A DNA stretch of 64,000 bases from Candidatus Bathyarchaeota archaeon (lineage in GTDB: Archaea; Thermoproteota; Bathyarchaeia; Bathyarchaeales; Bathyarchaeaceae): positions 24,343 through 88,342 of the forward strand of contig CAVOMX010000017.1 in NCBI GenBank assembly GCA_963697165.1, in the 5' to 3' direction. The notes beneath the pieces are model-generated. The model ran no database searches. It worked only from the letters and a program-made list of their open reading frames with translations, and had not been told where the DNA came from. Both the position numbers and the translations under genes were made by a program. Below, piece by piece: positions 30,700 through 42,003 of the stretch. Within the stretch, counting starts at the first letter, position 1. Each line of letters begins with the position of its first letter.

Positions 30700-31499
30700 A
30701 TGCGGGAGATACAAGTTTCCCGAGTAAACGTTTCAGACCAGACTGTCGAACAACGGACAGACTACGTAGCAGAAGAGACAGCCCTACATATATTCCTCAA
30801 CAAACACCACTACGGAACAATCCTCTGTTCCCCTAACCAACTAAAAGAAATGGTGATTGGACATCTTCTCTCGGAAGGACTCCTGCAATCAACAAGCGAA
30901 ATAGAAGATTTACAACTAAAAAAAGACGGAAAATGCCTACTAACACTCAAACCAAACATAGACGTAGAGACACGAATCTCAACATCACAACGCTTCTCAC
31001 GCCTAATAGTTTCCGCCTGTGGCTCCCCAGACTATCGACCTCTCTCCGAAGTCATCGACAACCTCCCAAAACTGAAATGACTCCAACAGTAGACGCAGAA
31101 GTCATTTCACAGTCAGTAAAAAGCCTAAACACTATTGCTGAGAACTTCAGAAAAACAGGCGGAGTTCATGTTGCAGCACTCTATACCAAAGATGGAAAAC
31201 TGGAGGCTCTGGCTGAAGATGTGGGACGCCACAACGCCGTCGACAAAGTCATCGGCTCAGGAGCAATAAAAAACATTGACTTCAAAAACATTTTTCTCGC
31301 CTTAAGCGGGCGTCTCACCGGAGACATAGTTTTGAAAGCTGCACGAATGAAAATTCCAATTATCGCTTCATTGTCAGCCGCAATCAGTTCTGGCTTAGAA
31401 GCAGCACAACTAACAAGATGTTACCCTAATCGGTTTCGTCAGAGGCAAACGAATGAACGTTTACACAAGTCCAGAACGAATAATCTTTGGCTCCCGTAA
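30700..31499 (+). CDS. fdhD: Formate dehydrogenase accessory sulfurtransferase, frameshifted
   Basis: SACG, TGGVHVAAL, EDVGRHNAVDKVIG, SGR. Confidence 0.92.
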
Positions 31500-31537
31500 A
31501 GTTTAACAACAAACAACTTTGACAAACGTGATCAACG

Positions 31538-32172
31538 ATGACTGAAACAGACAAAAACAAGTTCGATTTTCTAAAAGATCAAGCTCTGGAGCTTGGCGCA
31601 ACCGAAGCAAAAGTAATTCCAGCAAATGAAATAGTTGTCGAGAACCGAGTTGTACTCAAATGCAAAATAGGATGCAACAATTTCGGAAAAACGTTAATGT
31701 GCCCACCTTACGCGCCCAGCGTTGACAGATTTTCGGAAAACCCTAAGTGAATACAGTTATGCTCTTGTTCTAAAATTCAAGAGTCAAGCAGAAGCAACAC
31801 CAGAAGTTGCTACGTTGTTGTCCATGGATGAAAATGATTCATCATTAACCGAGAAAATGAAAGAGAAAATACGGGCATTCTGGGACGTCTTGGAACAATG
31901 ACCGAAAAGAAGTACTCAAGAAACTTTGTGTACTCGAAAAGGCAGCCATGAATAAAGGGTACACCTTTGCATTAGCTTTCACTACAGGCTCTTGCGTAAT
32001 ATGCGACAAATGCAATGTTGAACAAAAAGTTTGTATTCGTCCTACAAAAGCGCGCTGCTCAGCTCAAGCTGTGGGAATCAATATCCTGCAAACTCTAGAA
32101 AACGCTGGTATGCCAATGCCTTATCCATTCAAGAAGTCTCCCGAGTCCTTCGGTTTAATGTTAATCGCCTAA
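31538..32172 (+). CDS. DUF2284 family metal-binding protein, frameshifted
   Basis: KCKIGC...MCPP; GSCVICDKC...CIRP..AR..QAVGINI. Confidence 0.85.
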
Positions 32173-32975
32173 ACCCACAATCTCTATTCTCTACTTTGCT
32201 ACTTTTCAGAAGAAAACCAAATCTAACTACTAACACAACATAATTCGTAATACATTATTTTCAGAACTCCAATTTTGTCGTTTCCACTCTGAAACATCTG
32301 TTTAGGTTTGATTCTTGCGATTATTTTCGAACCTTATATATGAGTCTAAATTATTAACTTGCAACCCACTGCTCTAAACTGAGTACTCTTTTCTTCGCCA
32401 TTTTAGCTTTTAATATTGCACCTAGCATTAGATTTGCGCTTCTGTAATATGTCCTAAAACCGCTAAAAACTACTACATACGAACTAATTTCGTTTAAGAA
32501 CAAACTCTGCATCCAAAACAGATTAGATGTCACCTCGAATTAGCATCAAACGAGATCAGAAATCAGCTTCTTCTTCGCCGTCTCATCTTCAAATTCGTGT
32601 TTGAATCCTCTTTTCATAACGCTTCTTGACTGTTTTGTCTCTTTGGGTGCCAGAGTTTTGAACAGGCTCTCTTTTGCAACTATTTTTTCTTTGTTTTTGG
32701 TGCGAAATTATGCGAAAGCGAACAATATTTACTTTTAAAAAGCAATTCCCATCTATAATAATCGTCTATTTTACAGTTTTTATGATGTAAACCATGTTTA
32801 TCTTGGTTTTCCTCGTTTAGTTAGACTCGAAAAAGCCGATGATGGAAACGAAATCAGACGAAACATGTGAACCGAAAGTAGCCACGCCTAGTATAGTTAT
32901 GTACCCGAAAAATGAGATTTGAATGGATAGGAAAAGAATAATAAGTTAAAAATTTATTTGTTGGACGCGATTGTC

Positions 32976-33587
32976 TTGCAAAGATCGGCGATTATTCTCG
33001 CGGGTGGCTTCTCTAGAAGGTTTGGCAGCGATAAAGGACTAGTTGTATTGGCTAATAAGCCCCTTGTTGTTCATGTGATTGACCGCATATCCCCTGTAGT
33101 TGACGAAGTTCTCTTGGTAGTCAGCTCTGAAGCTCAGAAACAGAGTTTTGAGCCTATCTTGGAAAACAAAGCAAAACTGATCATTGACAAAGACGATTCC
33201 CAGAGCCCCCTTATTGGAGCCATAACAGGATTCGAAACCGCAAAGGGGGAATACTCAGTGCTTCTACCATGTGACACCCCCTTAATTTCAACCAAAATAG
33301 TTCAGTTTTTTCTAGATTTGTGCACCAACAGAAGCGCTGTTATTCCCAGATGGCCAAGCGGATATATTGAACCTCTGCAAGCAGTTTATCACACAAAATC
33401 AGCCTTAACTGCAGCGAAAAACGCGCTAGCCGAGGGAAACATGAACATGCAGTCAATGATTGATGATCTAATGGGAGTACGCTATGTTTCCACAATGGTT
33501 TTGGAGCAAATGGAACCTGAGCTTGTGACCTTTTTTAACGTCAATACTCCTCAGGATCTACAGAAAGCTGCCGCAATTCTGAACTAA
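32976..33587 (+). CDS. mobA: Molybdenum cofactor guanylyltransferase
   Basis: IILAGGFSRRFGSDKG, PCDTP, EPLQAVY, FFNVNTP; start uncertain (32958-32997). Confidence 0.93.
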   Translation: MQRSAIILAGGFSRRFGSDKGLVVLANKPLVVHVIDRISPVVDEVLLVVSSEAQKQSFEPILENKAKLIIDKDDSQSPLIGAITGFETAKGEYSVLLPCDTPLISTKIVQFFLDLCTNRSAVIPRWPSGYIEPLQAVYHTKSALTAAKNALAEGNMNMQSMIDDLMGVRYVSTMVLEQMEPELVTFFNVNTPQDLQKAAAILN

Positions 33588-33851
33588 ATCATTATATTGG
33601 ATGTTAGTTCTAATGTTGTGTCTTGACATAAAAATTGCTTTTTGAGAAAAACTCACCTGTTGATTTTTAACTTTTTTGTTTATATACGATCAACGGCTTC
33701 AACTAATTAATTTTCTTTTAAAAAAATTTTGACTCCAAAAGAGTGAAAAACAATGTTATGACACTACATAATTGGCACTTACTTGCAGCGGAAGCGTGTG
33801 TGAATAGACGAAGAATATTAAACCTTCGATATTGAATTCAGTAAAGAGGCA

Positions 33852-34616
33852 TTGTTATTGAATAAAGTCGATGTATTCGCAGTAACTGGTTTGCCTATTG
33901 TAAAAGAAGGAGATGATCTTGCCCTACTGATTTGTCAAGCCGCTGAAAAGCAGGGAACTCCGATCCAAAATGGTGACGTAATAGTAGTCACTCACGTTGT
34001 AGTTTCTAGAGTTGAAGGAAATGTTGTAGACCTCGAAACAGTAACCCCCTCCGAATTTGCAAAAACAGTAGCTAAAACAACACACAAAGACCCCAAACTC
34101 GTTGAAGTTATTCTCAGAGAATCTAAAAGCATCGTACGTATGAGTAACGGAAAACTCATCACAGAAAGCAAACAAGGGTTGGTTTGCGCTAACTCAGGGA
34201 TTGATCAGTCTAACGTTCCCGGAAAAACAGTTGTAGCGCCTTTGCCTAAAGATTCTGATAATTCAGCACGAACGATACGAAAAAATGTGCTGAATATTTC
34301 TGGAAAAGACGTGGCCGTCATTGTATCGGACACGCATGGACGTCCACTTCGTCAGGGTGAAATCAACATAGCTTTAGGCACTTCCGGATTCGAGCCACTA
34401 CGAGATCGAAGAGGCGAAAAAGACCTTTTCGGGTACACAATTAGAATCAAAAGAACCGCTATCGCTGACGAGTTAGCTTCAGCCGCTGAATTGGTTATAG
34501 GACAAACAAATGAAGGCATTCCAGTAGCCATAATTCGTGGATATCTATACCCGAAATCTGAAACCGCAAACGCAAAGAAAATGATACGTCCTCCGGAAGA
34601 AGATTTGTTTATCTAA
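33852..34616 (+). CDS. cofE: Coenzyme F420-0:L-glutamate ligase
   Basis: GLPIVKEGDDL, CANSGIDQSN, SDTHGRPLRQG, ADELASAAELV, PVAIIRG. Confidence 0.95.
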   Translation: MLLNKVDVFAVTGLPIVKEGDDLALLICQAAEKQGTPIQNGDVIVVTHVVVSRVEGNVVDLETVTPSEFAKTVAKTTHKDPKLVEVILRESKSIVRMSNGKLITESKQGLVCANSGIDQSNVPGKTVVAPLPKDSDNSARTIRKNVLNISGKDVAVIVSDTHGRPLRQGEINIALGTSGFEPLRDRRGEKDLFGYTIRIKRTAIADELASAAELVIGQTNEGIPVAIIRGYLYPKSETANAKKMIRPPEEDLFI

Positions 34617-34641
34617 AACATTTTTTGGAACAAACAAGCAA

Positions 34642-35364
34642 ATGACCACCAAAACAGACGTCCTGATATCCATACTAAAAAATACAAACAGTGGTCCCGC
34701 TGTAAAAGAAATTATTGCCCAAGAAGCCAACATTCCGGTTCACATTACAAATGGCATTCTGAATGAGCTTCGTGAAATTGGACTTATCGAATGTGAAAAC
34801 GAACTAATCGAAGTATCTTCGAACCAACGAGTCAAACTTGCCATTCACGCAATCAACCAAGGAACTGATATTGAAAGAGTCTGCGAAGTTCTTGAATGGA
34901 TAGAGTTTGAAAATTTTGCAGCCACAGCCTTTGAAAAAAACAACTTCAATGTTAAACGACGATTCCGATTCAAAGCAGCACAAAGAAGATGGGAAATCGA
35001 TGTCCTCGCGTATAGTGAACCAATTGTTGTTTGCGTAGATTGCAAACGTTGGCGGCGTGGTTGGGGAAATTCAGCAATAACAAGAGTTGCTGCAGCACAG
35101 GCACAAAGAACTGAAGTGTTAGCAAAGAATCTTCAGGATATTCAACGAAAAATAGGTTTGGCTGATTGGAAACAAGCAACTCTTTTTCCCGCAATCTTGT
35201 CGCTGTTTCCGGGTCCAGTAAAAGTCTACAACAAAGTGCCTGTTGTTCCTATTTTGCAGCTTCAAAACTTCGTGGATGAGTTCCAAGGACACATTACGGA
35301 ATTAGCCCACTTTAGGGCGACTTTAGGAGCCAAACTATCTTATTACCTCGACAGGGATCAATGA
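34642..35364 (+). CDS. HTH plus PD-(D/E)XK restriction-endonuclease-like protein
   Basis: WIEFE, EIDVLA, VDCK motifs. Confidence 0.75.
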   Translation: MTTKTDVLISILKNTNSGPAVKEIIAQEANIPVHITNGILNELREIGLIECENELIEVSSNQRVKLAIHAINQGTDIERVCEVLEWIEFENFAATAFEKNNFNVKRRFRFKAAQRRWEIDVLAYSEPIVVCVDCKRWRRGWGNSAITRVAAAQAQRTEVLAKNLQDIQRKIGLADWKQATLFPAILSLFPGPVKVYNKVPVVPILQLQNFVDEFQGHITELAHFRATLGAKLSYYLDRDQ

Positions 35365-35619
35365 TGCAAGAGTATTTATTCTCTGAATGGCTCGTTGTCA
35401 TATATTTTTATCTATGTCGGTACGATTTTTTTGATAAAATAATGATGTCTTAATTATTTTTAGGCAATATTTTGTATCTCTGATGGCACAGTTAATAATT
35501 GTGTTTTTTTGTCTAAACGGTTGTGTATTAGTTTTACTGGACGGTCAACAATGATTCAAAAACAGTTTTCTTTAATGCCCTAATTTTCTCAAAGATACTT
35601 ACTAGACCTGTTTCTGTGC

Positions 35620-36115
35620 AAGTTTCCGATAGGGTTCGTTTGCGAGAAGAAGGAGATCATTAGCTAAAGCTCGAGCAAATGTAACTCTGGCGTTACCCTC
35701 CACTTAGTTGAACAGATAAGTATTGATTCAATGCTCCAAACAAATCAGCTTGAGCAGCTTTTCTGAGCGGTCTTTTTGTTTTTTCTCTTTTCCAACCAAG
35801 CTAACTCTATAACAAAGACGATGTTTTTGACTGCTGTTAATGTCGAAATTGGGTTGTAGGATTGAAAAACAAATCCGATGTACGTTAAGCGGAACGTTCC
35901 CAAAAAGTTTTCGTTATATGTTCAAAGGTCAAAGTAAAAAACAACAATCTGTACACTTGTTGGTTTATCCAAGGCCCCCATCAGATTAAGAAGAGTTGTC
36001 TTTCCTAGGCCAGAACGACCATTTACAAAAATGAATTCGCTGATTCAACCGTAAGGTCTAAGTTCTTTACGGGTTCAATAACCACTGCATCAATTCGAAT
36101 TGCATTAACAAAGCA
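35620..36115 (-). pseudogene. Decayed ABC transporter ATP-binding gene (LolD-like)
   Basis: Reverse-strand fragments VNGRSGLGKTTLLNLMGALDKPT, IGFVFQSYN and QLSGG...ARALANDLLLLANEP with stops and frameshifts. Confidence 0.75.
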
Positions 36116-36333
36116 AAAACTACAACAACTTTCTATCTCATCATCTGTCGGCGTGTTTGGATCTGAAATGGTGAATGTCCAATGAGGTTACACTTCCGTT
36201 TACCTTCACATAACAAGTGATTGTTTAGGCTTTGAAAGCATTGTAAACCCTCATTTAATGAGGGGCTATGTTTGCTGATCGCTTCGACTGATAAAATGAT
36301 ATTTAAGTGAAAAATGTGAAGAATCGCTGGAAA

Positions 36334-36367
36334 TTGTTGATGCTTTTGTATCCACACGTTGCTAAGG
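36334..36367 (+). repeat. Repeat family C copy (TTGTTGATGCTTTTGTATCC)
   Basis: 20-bp core identical to the copies at 37861-37899 (reverse) and 41254-41288. Confidence 0.9.
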
Positions 36368-36782
36368 AATATTTCTTAAGTATCCCAAAGATGCTTTGAA
36401 GTGATATGTCCTGATTTTTGCTTTAAATTATGGGTGAACACTCACATGTTTTAGGTTACAAGGCCTACCCTTTTTGTGTAAAAAACATGAGTGTTTATTG
36501 TTGGCTCTGGAACATTTCAACGTTTTTGGAAGTGATACATATGGCGTGATCTGTCGCTAATCACGCTAGTATTTGGGTTGACTCTATTGTTGTCTTTGAC
36601 TTTTTTTCCTACAGCTTTGCTATCTAACAGTTTGACGAAACTGTTACATCAACTTTGTTTTAACACTAAAATGTTTATTTAAGTTTTTTCCACTATGGAT
36701 ATTGACAATTTCGGATTCCAGAAAACTGATGCAAAAAAAGACCCAGTAAATTGATACCAAAAAGGGGCTTTCTTTGAATAAC

Positions 36783-37479
36783 TTAGAACCTTTTCTTCAG
36801 TAATTTGGGGAAGTATCTTCGCCAGTCCAAATGTGCATACCTGGACAAGGAAGACCCAACACCAACCATGCTGCGTAGGGTCCAGCCGCCATAAACAGAC
36901 AGATCAAAACCCGTGAAGCCGAAAGTCTCAATTAATTCTGTTGCTCGCAAGTGACGCAGAGCGTGAGTTCTAAACGGTTTATTGTGTGCCTTAACGGGTT
37001 TGGGTTTGGGGTCCTCCGGGTCGTACTGGCTATATTTTTCTATTGGATAACTCAGTCCAGAGAAAGTCTCCTTTGCGTAGTCCCAAGCCTTTTGTCTAGT
37101 GAACGGAAAGACTTTGTCGTTTCCCTGCTCCAGATAATAATTGTAAAGCTGTTCCGTCCATGGTTCAAACTTTTTTTCAAGGGGCAATGCAATCTTTCTT
37201 ATTTTTCCGTCACGTTTCGCGGTTCTAACTGTGAAGATTGCGGCTTCGCTTTTGATGTCTCCAAGTTCAAAGGTCTCGAGTTTAACGTCTTGTCCAGTTG
37301 GACCGCGAGCCACTGTTTGATTGTGTGACTATATCGTAGCGGTTTGTTGTTCCAATTATTTCTGAAGCCCTTGCACAAAAGAGGTAGGCGGCCATTAAGC
37401 AGAACTTTGCTTCTTTTTTTGTTGCTGTTTCTATTCTTTTTCGTACTGTTTCCACTTCAGGTAACGTCAGGTCATCCAT
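36783..37479 (-). CDS. Short tyrosine recombinase (catalytic domain only), frameshift near 37320
   Basis: ARASEII (R), TAKR (K), HALRH, GGWT (W), SRYAHL (Y). Confidence 0.85.
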
Positions 37480-37746
37480 CTTTGTTCGTCGCTCAAGGTG
37501 TTTATTGATGTTAGTCTATTTAAGATTGACAGTTGGCGAGAACTGTTAATCGAGTTATTGGATAAATGAGGCTCCCGCGTCGATCCTTAGGGCACATAGT
37601 TAGCACTGGTGATGCAGATTTTAGTCCATAATACATGATTCACCAACATCACCAAATGGTCTAAAATTATTGTTCACAGGGGGCAAAAGTGGTTAGTTTT
37701 GTCTACGTTCTTCACTACATATAGCACCACTCTCAAAATCAAAGGC

Positions 37747-38479
37747 TCAAAAATCCGTTCTTTTGTGACACCAAGTCGAAGAAGCAGTAAAGCAAAAACG
37801 TTGGTGACACACAAAAGCGAGCAGATCAACAGGGTTACGGTAGTTATATGCTTTAATTTCTCTCAGTAACGTGGATACAAAAGCATCAACAAAACTCCCG
37901 CTAGGCACTGATGATTTCCGAAAAACCATAAGATAGTGATACTTGAGCTCATGTGCCTTCAAAACTGTTAAACCCTGCTTTTCAAAGAGACGACTCGTTT
38001 GTTCTTTAGAAACCCTGACGGATACAGGGGGTCCAAAGCCAGTTTTCTCTTTCTTGAAATCAATTATAGCTACTTGTCCGTCTGGTTTGAGTACCCTTCG
38101 TATCTCGTTGATTATCTTCTCTGCGTCGTGGAATTCGTGAAGCGTGTTTACTGACAGCAGCAAGTCTACACTTTCGTTTTGGAGCGGAATCTCATTTTCT
38201 TTTGAGCGCAAGGTTTCAATGTTCAATATTTTTTGTGTTTGAATCTTCTCTTCAAGAAACTCTAACATTTCCTTTTGAACATCAATGCCGTATACTTTCT
38301 TGACCTTACGAGAAATTGGAACCGTAAAGTATCCGCTTCCACAACCTAAGTCAGCCACAACATAGGATGGCTTAAGCTCCAGCAATTCCCATTATTTCTT
38401 CGGGATTCTGCCAAGTCTTCCTATCTTCAGACTCTAAAGTATCGATGTGTTTCGGGTTAAAAACCTGCGATTCCTTCAT
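37747..38479 (-). CDS. Class I SAM-dependent methyltransferase (N-terminal frameshift)
   Basis: ADLGCGSG, GIDVQ, RVLKPDG, GPP; upstream frame MKESQVFNPKHIDTLESEDRKTWQNP. Confidence 0.88.
37861..37899 (-). repeat. Repeat family C copy (inverted)
   Basis: Reverse strand GGGAGTTTTGTTGATGCTTTTGTATCCACGTTACTGAGA. Confidence 0.9.
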
Positions 38480-38655
38480 TTCTGGTTCCTCCTTTTCTTG
38501 ACAAACGTTGAACACCCATCAACAATGATGTAAGTGGTTACATTTTAATTAACTGATTCTGGGCATAGGACACCCAATCCAACACGTGCTTTCTCTTCTC
38601 GTTTTCGAAAAGATAATATCTTTTTCTACTACGATTACTATTAGATGACTTCGAT

Positions 38656-39834
38656 ATGCCGACTAATCTTCCTCCAGAGGCTAAAAAGAAGTATCAAGAA
38701 GCGACTCTTGCTAGGCGACCTGAGGAAAAAATCAAGAAACTGCAAGAGTTCATGAGCATGTTTCCTAAGCATAAAGGTACAGAAACTCTTCGTGCACAAG
38801 TTAAAACAAAGATTTCGCGGCTAAAACAGGAGATCGAAGATAAAAAGCAAAAGAGAACGGGCGTAGCAACTGGACCCAAAGTTTTTGTAGAAAAAGAGGG
38901 GGATGCTCAAATCGTTATTTTGGGACCAACCAATGTTGGACGTAGTAGTTTATTGTCTACTCTAACTAACTCAAAAGTGGCGATTTGGAATTATCCATAT
39001 ACCACAACGGAGCTGACGCCAGGAATGTTTAATTATAAAGATTTACAGTTGCAGATGGTTGAAGCACCAGCACTTATGAATGGTTCTTCAGAGGGGGGTT
39101 CTTGGGGTTTGCAAACTTTGACTTCTGCCAGAAACGCTGATGGTCTTGTTTTAATGGTGGATTTGTCGCAGGATCCCGTTGAACAGTTCTCGCTTATCAT
39201 TAAAGAGTTAGAAAAAGCAAAACTTCTTACGAAAAAGCCCAAAGCGCGTATAGAAATTGAGAAGAAGCATATGGGCGCCAAATTAAAGTTCATTGTTTTG
39301 GGGAAATTGATTGATTGTTCAGTTAAGGATTTGACGCAGCTTCTTAAAAGCTACGGAATACGTGATGCCACGGTTAAGATTCGGGGCGAAGCTACACTAG
39401 ATGATGTTGAAGAAGCAATTTTTGAGGGCAAAGTGTATAGACCTGCCATAATTTTAGCCAACAAGGCAGACCATCCGAAGGCTGCTGAAAAATTAGAACA
39501 ACTCAAAAAGGTTGTAGGCAATAAAATGAAGATTATTGCCGTGTCATGTAAAACAAAGGTGGGGATGGAGAATCTTGGGGCTGAACTGTTTGGTATGCTT
39601 GATGTAATGCGTGTCTACACTAAGGAACCAAATAAGAAAGATTCTTCAAGGCGACCTTTCACTATCAGAAAAGGCTCAACCGTCTTTGATTTGGCTAAAA
39701 GAATTCACAGCGACTTCTACGAGCAGTTTACGTACGCGAAAGTATGGTCAAAGAGGTTACGTTTTAGTCCACAAAAGGTAGGTGGAACTTTTACTCTTGA
39801 AGACGGCGACACAGTGGAACTTCACATAAATTAG
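38656..39834 (+). CDS. DRG/OBG-family GTPase with TGS domain
   Basis: MPTNLP, PKHKGTE, GPTNVGRSS, YPYTT, NKAD, C-terminal TGS. Confidence 0.93.
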   Translation: MPTNLPPEAKKKYQEATLARRPEEKIKKLQEFMSMFPKHKGTETLRAQVKTKISRLKQEIEDKKQKRTGVATGPKVFVEKEGDAQIVILGPTNVGRSSLLSTLTNSKVAIWNYPYTTTELTPGMFNYKDLQLQMVEAPALMNGSSEGGSWGLQTLTSARNADGLVLMVDLSQDPVEQFSLIIKELEKAKLLTKKPKARIEIEKKHMGAKLKFIVLGKLIDCSVKDLTQLLKSYGIRDATVKIRGEATLDDVEEAIFEGKVYRPAIILANKADHPKAAEKLEQLKKVVGNKMKIIAVSCKTKVGMENLGAELFGMLDVMRVYTKEPNKKDSSRRPFTIRKGSTVFDLAKRIHSDFYEQFTYAKVWSKRLRFSPQKVGGTFTLEDGDTVELHIN

Positions 39835-39955
39835 CATAGAAATTTTTTGCGATCATCTTCGAAGCTTATATTCTCCAAAAATCTCGAGATTGATGTTTAT
39901 TTTTGAGAATAAATGGGTATCACAGTTTACCCGTTTTTGATGCCGTTTTTTGTGG

Positions 39956-40040
39956 AAACAGCATTTTGTTGTTGCTTAGGTTTTCCAGAAAAAGGTTGTT
40001 TTCAACAATCTTCTGTTATTAGTCTCCTAATATAATTGAT
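39956..40040 (+). repeat. Repeat family B copy
   Basis: ...GGTTTTCCAGAAAAAGGTTGTTTTCAACAATCTTCTGTTATTAGTCTCCTAATATAATTG. Confidence 0.85.
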
Positions 40041-40752
40041 TGCTTAGTTTTGTTTGCATTTCTTCCTTGTTTTTGTTGTTGGAACAAGACGAAGATGGAC
40101 GAAGGTGCGTTTTATTTAACAGTATATTGTAAAACAGTCTATGTTTTGGTTGGCTGTCTTTGACATCTTTTCTGTATTTGGTGCTCTGAGAGACAGATGA
40201 AAGCATGGCAAAGGTCAACGTTTTTGTTTGATTTCAATCGATTCGATTTGTGGCTGCAGATAACTTGATTTTCATCTCTTGGAAAATTTGACACGATCAC
40301 CTTTTCTTGGTTAAGCTTTAGCGTTAGTGTGTTTCGGTGTTTTTCGTTTGTTTTATCAGTTATTTCAAGTTCAATTCCGTTAAAAAACGGAGAAAGGAGA
40401 GGCAAAAACTTGAAAAAAGCTAAAATAACAAGTTAACTGTCACAGATTTACATTATATCTGTAAATATTGTTGTGTTTCGTCATGTTTCGTTTAATCTAA
40501 CTTCTGGTGAAACGTCTTTTTGGAACTGGCTGAATAGTCAAAATGGGTATTGAATCCAGTGAATGACACAACCATGTGGTATCAAAGGCTAAAACTGGGT
40601 GTTCTTTACAAAAAACGTCCAAGATAATCAGTTTTGGTTGTTTTCTGAAGCTAAATTCTGTGAAGAATTGCTTCCTTTTTTGATGCTATTATAAGATTCG
40701 TTATTAAACGTGAATTCTTAATGTGAATGTATACTTAATCTGTGGTTGTTGT

Positions 40753-41157
40753 TTATTCGCCGAGGACCTGCATGATGATTGTTCTTTGTCTGGGGTATAC
40801 GTCGGTTTCCACGAAAACTAGGGACTGCCAAGTGCCAAAAATTGCTTGTCCATCTATTACGGGCAGGGTTTTGTCTGGACTCAGAAGCATTGATCTCAGA
40901 TGTGAGTGCGCATTTGATGGGTGCCTATAGCCGCCATTTTTGGGAATTATTTTTTCGAGAAAATCTTTAACGTCCATGTCTAAGCTTGGTTCATGTTCAG
41001 TTAATATGATTACTCCTGTAGCGTGGGGTGCAAAAATGTGAACCAGCCCATTTTTGATTCTAGACTTTCTTACAACATCATGAACCTTTTCGGTCAAGTC
41101 CTTGAATTCTATTTCTCCCTTGGTCAAAAAAACTATTCTATCATTAAAAACATTCAT
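40753..41157 (-). CDS. YjbQ/UPF0047 family protein
   Basis: PHAT, NAHSHLRS, GTWQ motifs. Confidence 0.92.
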   Translation of the reverse strand: MNVFNDRIVFLTKGEIEFKDLTEKVHDVVRKSRIKNGLVHIFAPHATGVIILTEHEPSLDMDVKDFLEKIIPKNGGYRHPSNAHSHLRSMLLSPDKTLPVIDGQAIFGTWQSLVFVETDVYPRQRTIIMQVLGE

Positions 41158-41253
41158 GTTCCATCAGCTCTAAACAATGAAACGGTGACCAAAAGTAAAA
41201 ACATTACCGCTATGGGTGAATATCAAAACACAGCAGGTTTTTGTCTACTTTGA

Positions 41254-41288
41254 GGGAGTTTGTTGATGCTTTTGTATCCGCTTCGCTA
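41254..41288 (+). repeat. Repeat family C copy
   Basis: GGGAGTTTGTTGATGCTTTTGTATCCGCTTCGCTA. Confidence 0.9.
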
Positions 41289-41320
41289 AACAATAACTGC
41301 ATTATCAGACGAGATGCTGG

Positions 41321-41893
41321 TTACTTTTCTTTTGCAACCATTACTTCGGTTGCTTTGATTACGGCTTCGATGGTGTCTCCAGGCGTTACATCCAGTTCTT
41401 CGACGGCTTCTTTTGATATGATCGCAGTTATTATGACTGGTGCTTCAATTTTGATTTTTATTTTCGCTGTTATTATGCCCTTTTCTACGCTCTGAACAAT
41501 TCCTTTCAGTTGATTTCTTGCACTTATTTTCAATCCAATATCCTCCCAACAAGTTTCGTCGCCCATCATTTCACTCATGTAGCATTCGGCCCTATTGTAT
41601 TCGTTCAACAATTTTTTGCCTAGTTCTGTTAGGGTGGCTCCTCCGCCTCCTTTGCTACCGCCTTTGAAGGTTTTTACTACCGGTTCGTCTAGTCTTTTTT
41701 CAAGTTTTGCTAAGTAATTCCATACGTACCGATAGGACATTTCAGCCTTTTTTGCTGCTTTAGAAATAGATTCTACTTCTTTGATGGTTTCTAGTATTTC
41801 TGCTCCACCCTTTCCAAGTAAGGGTTCTCCTCTGTATTCGAGCCAGATTTTGCATAGAACCTTGTGCTTATTTTTAGTGAGCATGGGCTTCAT
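41321..41893 (-). CDS. modE: ModE-type molybdate/tungstate-responsive regulator (HTH + TOBE)
   Basis: SISKAAK..MSYRYVW, GGSKGGGATLT, SARNQLKG, IKATEV. Confidence 0.88.
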   Translation of the reverse strand: MKPMLTKNKHKVLCKIWLEYRGEPLLGKGGAEILETIKEVESISKAAKKAEMSYRYVWNYLAKLEKRLDEPVVKTFKGGSKGGGGATLTELGKKLLNEYNRAECYMSEMMGDETCWEDIGLKISARNQLKGIVQSVEKGIITAKIKIKIEAPVIITAIISKEAVEELDVTPGDTIEAVIKATEVMVAKEK

Positions 41894-41970
41894 TATAGGT
41901 ATTAGCCGTTGTGATATAAAACGCTGTCGGGTATCTTGACACAAAGTTAAACTAAAAAGTTAAATAATGG

Positions 41971-41994
41971 CGCTATGTTTTCACATACCTAACG
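41971..41994. promoter_or_regulatory. Putative ModE operator downstream of a TATA-like element of the tup operon
   Basis: CGCTATGTT-N6-TACCTAACG resembles the bacterial ModE dyad CGTTATATA-N6-TATATAACG; TTAAATAA at 41960-41967. Confidence 0.6.
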
Positions 41995-42003
41995 GTGAAG
42001 TGT

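Noticed and set aside
32180..32950. Long intergenic stretches (also 39840-40740) as ncRNA or IS elements
   Set aside because: Only a short shared ACGAAACATG word and degenerate ORF fragments; no terminal repeats, transposase motif or convincing structure.
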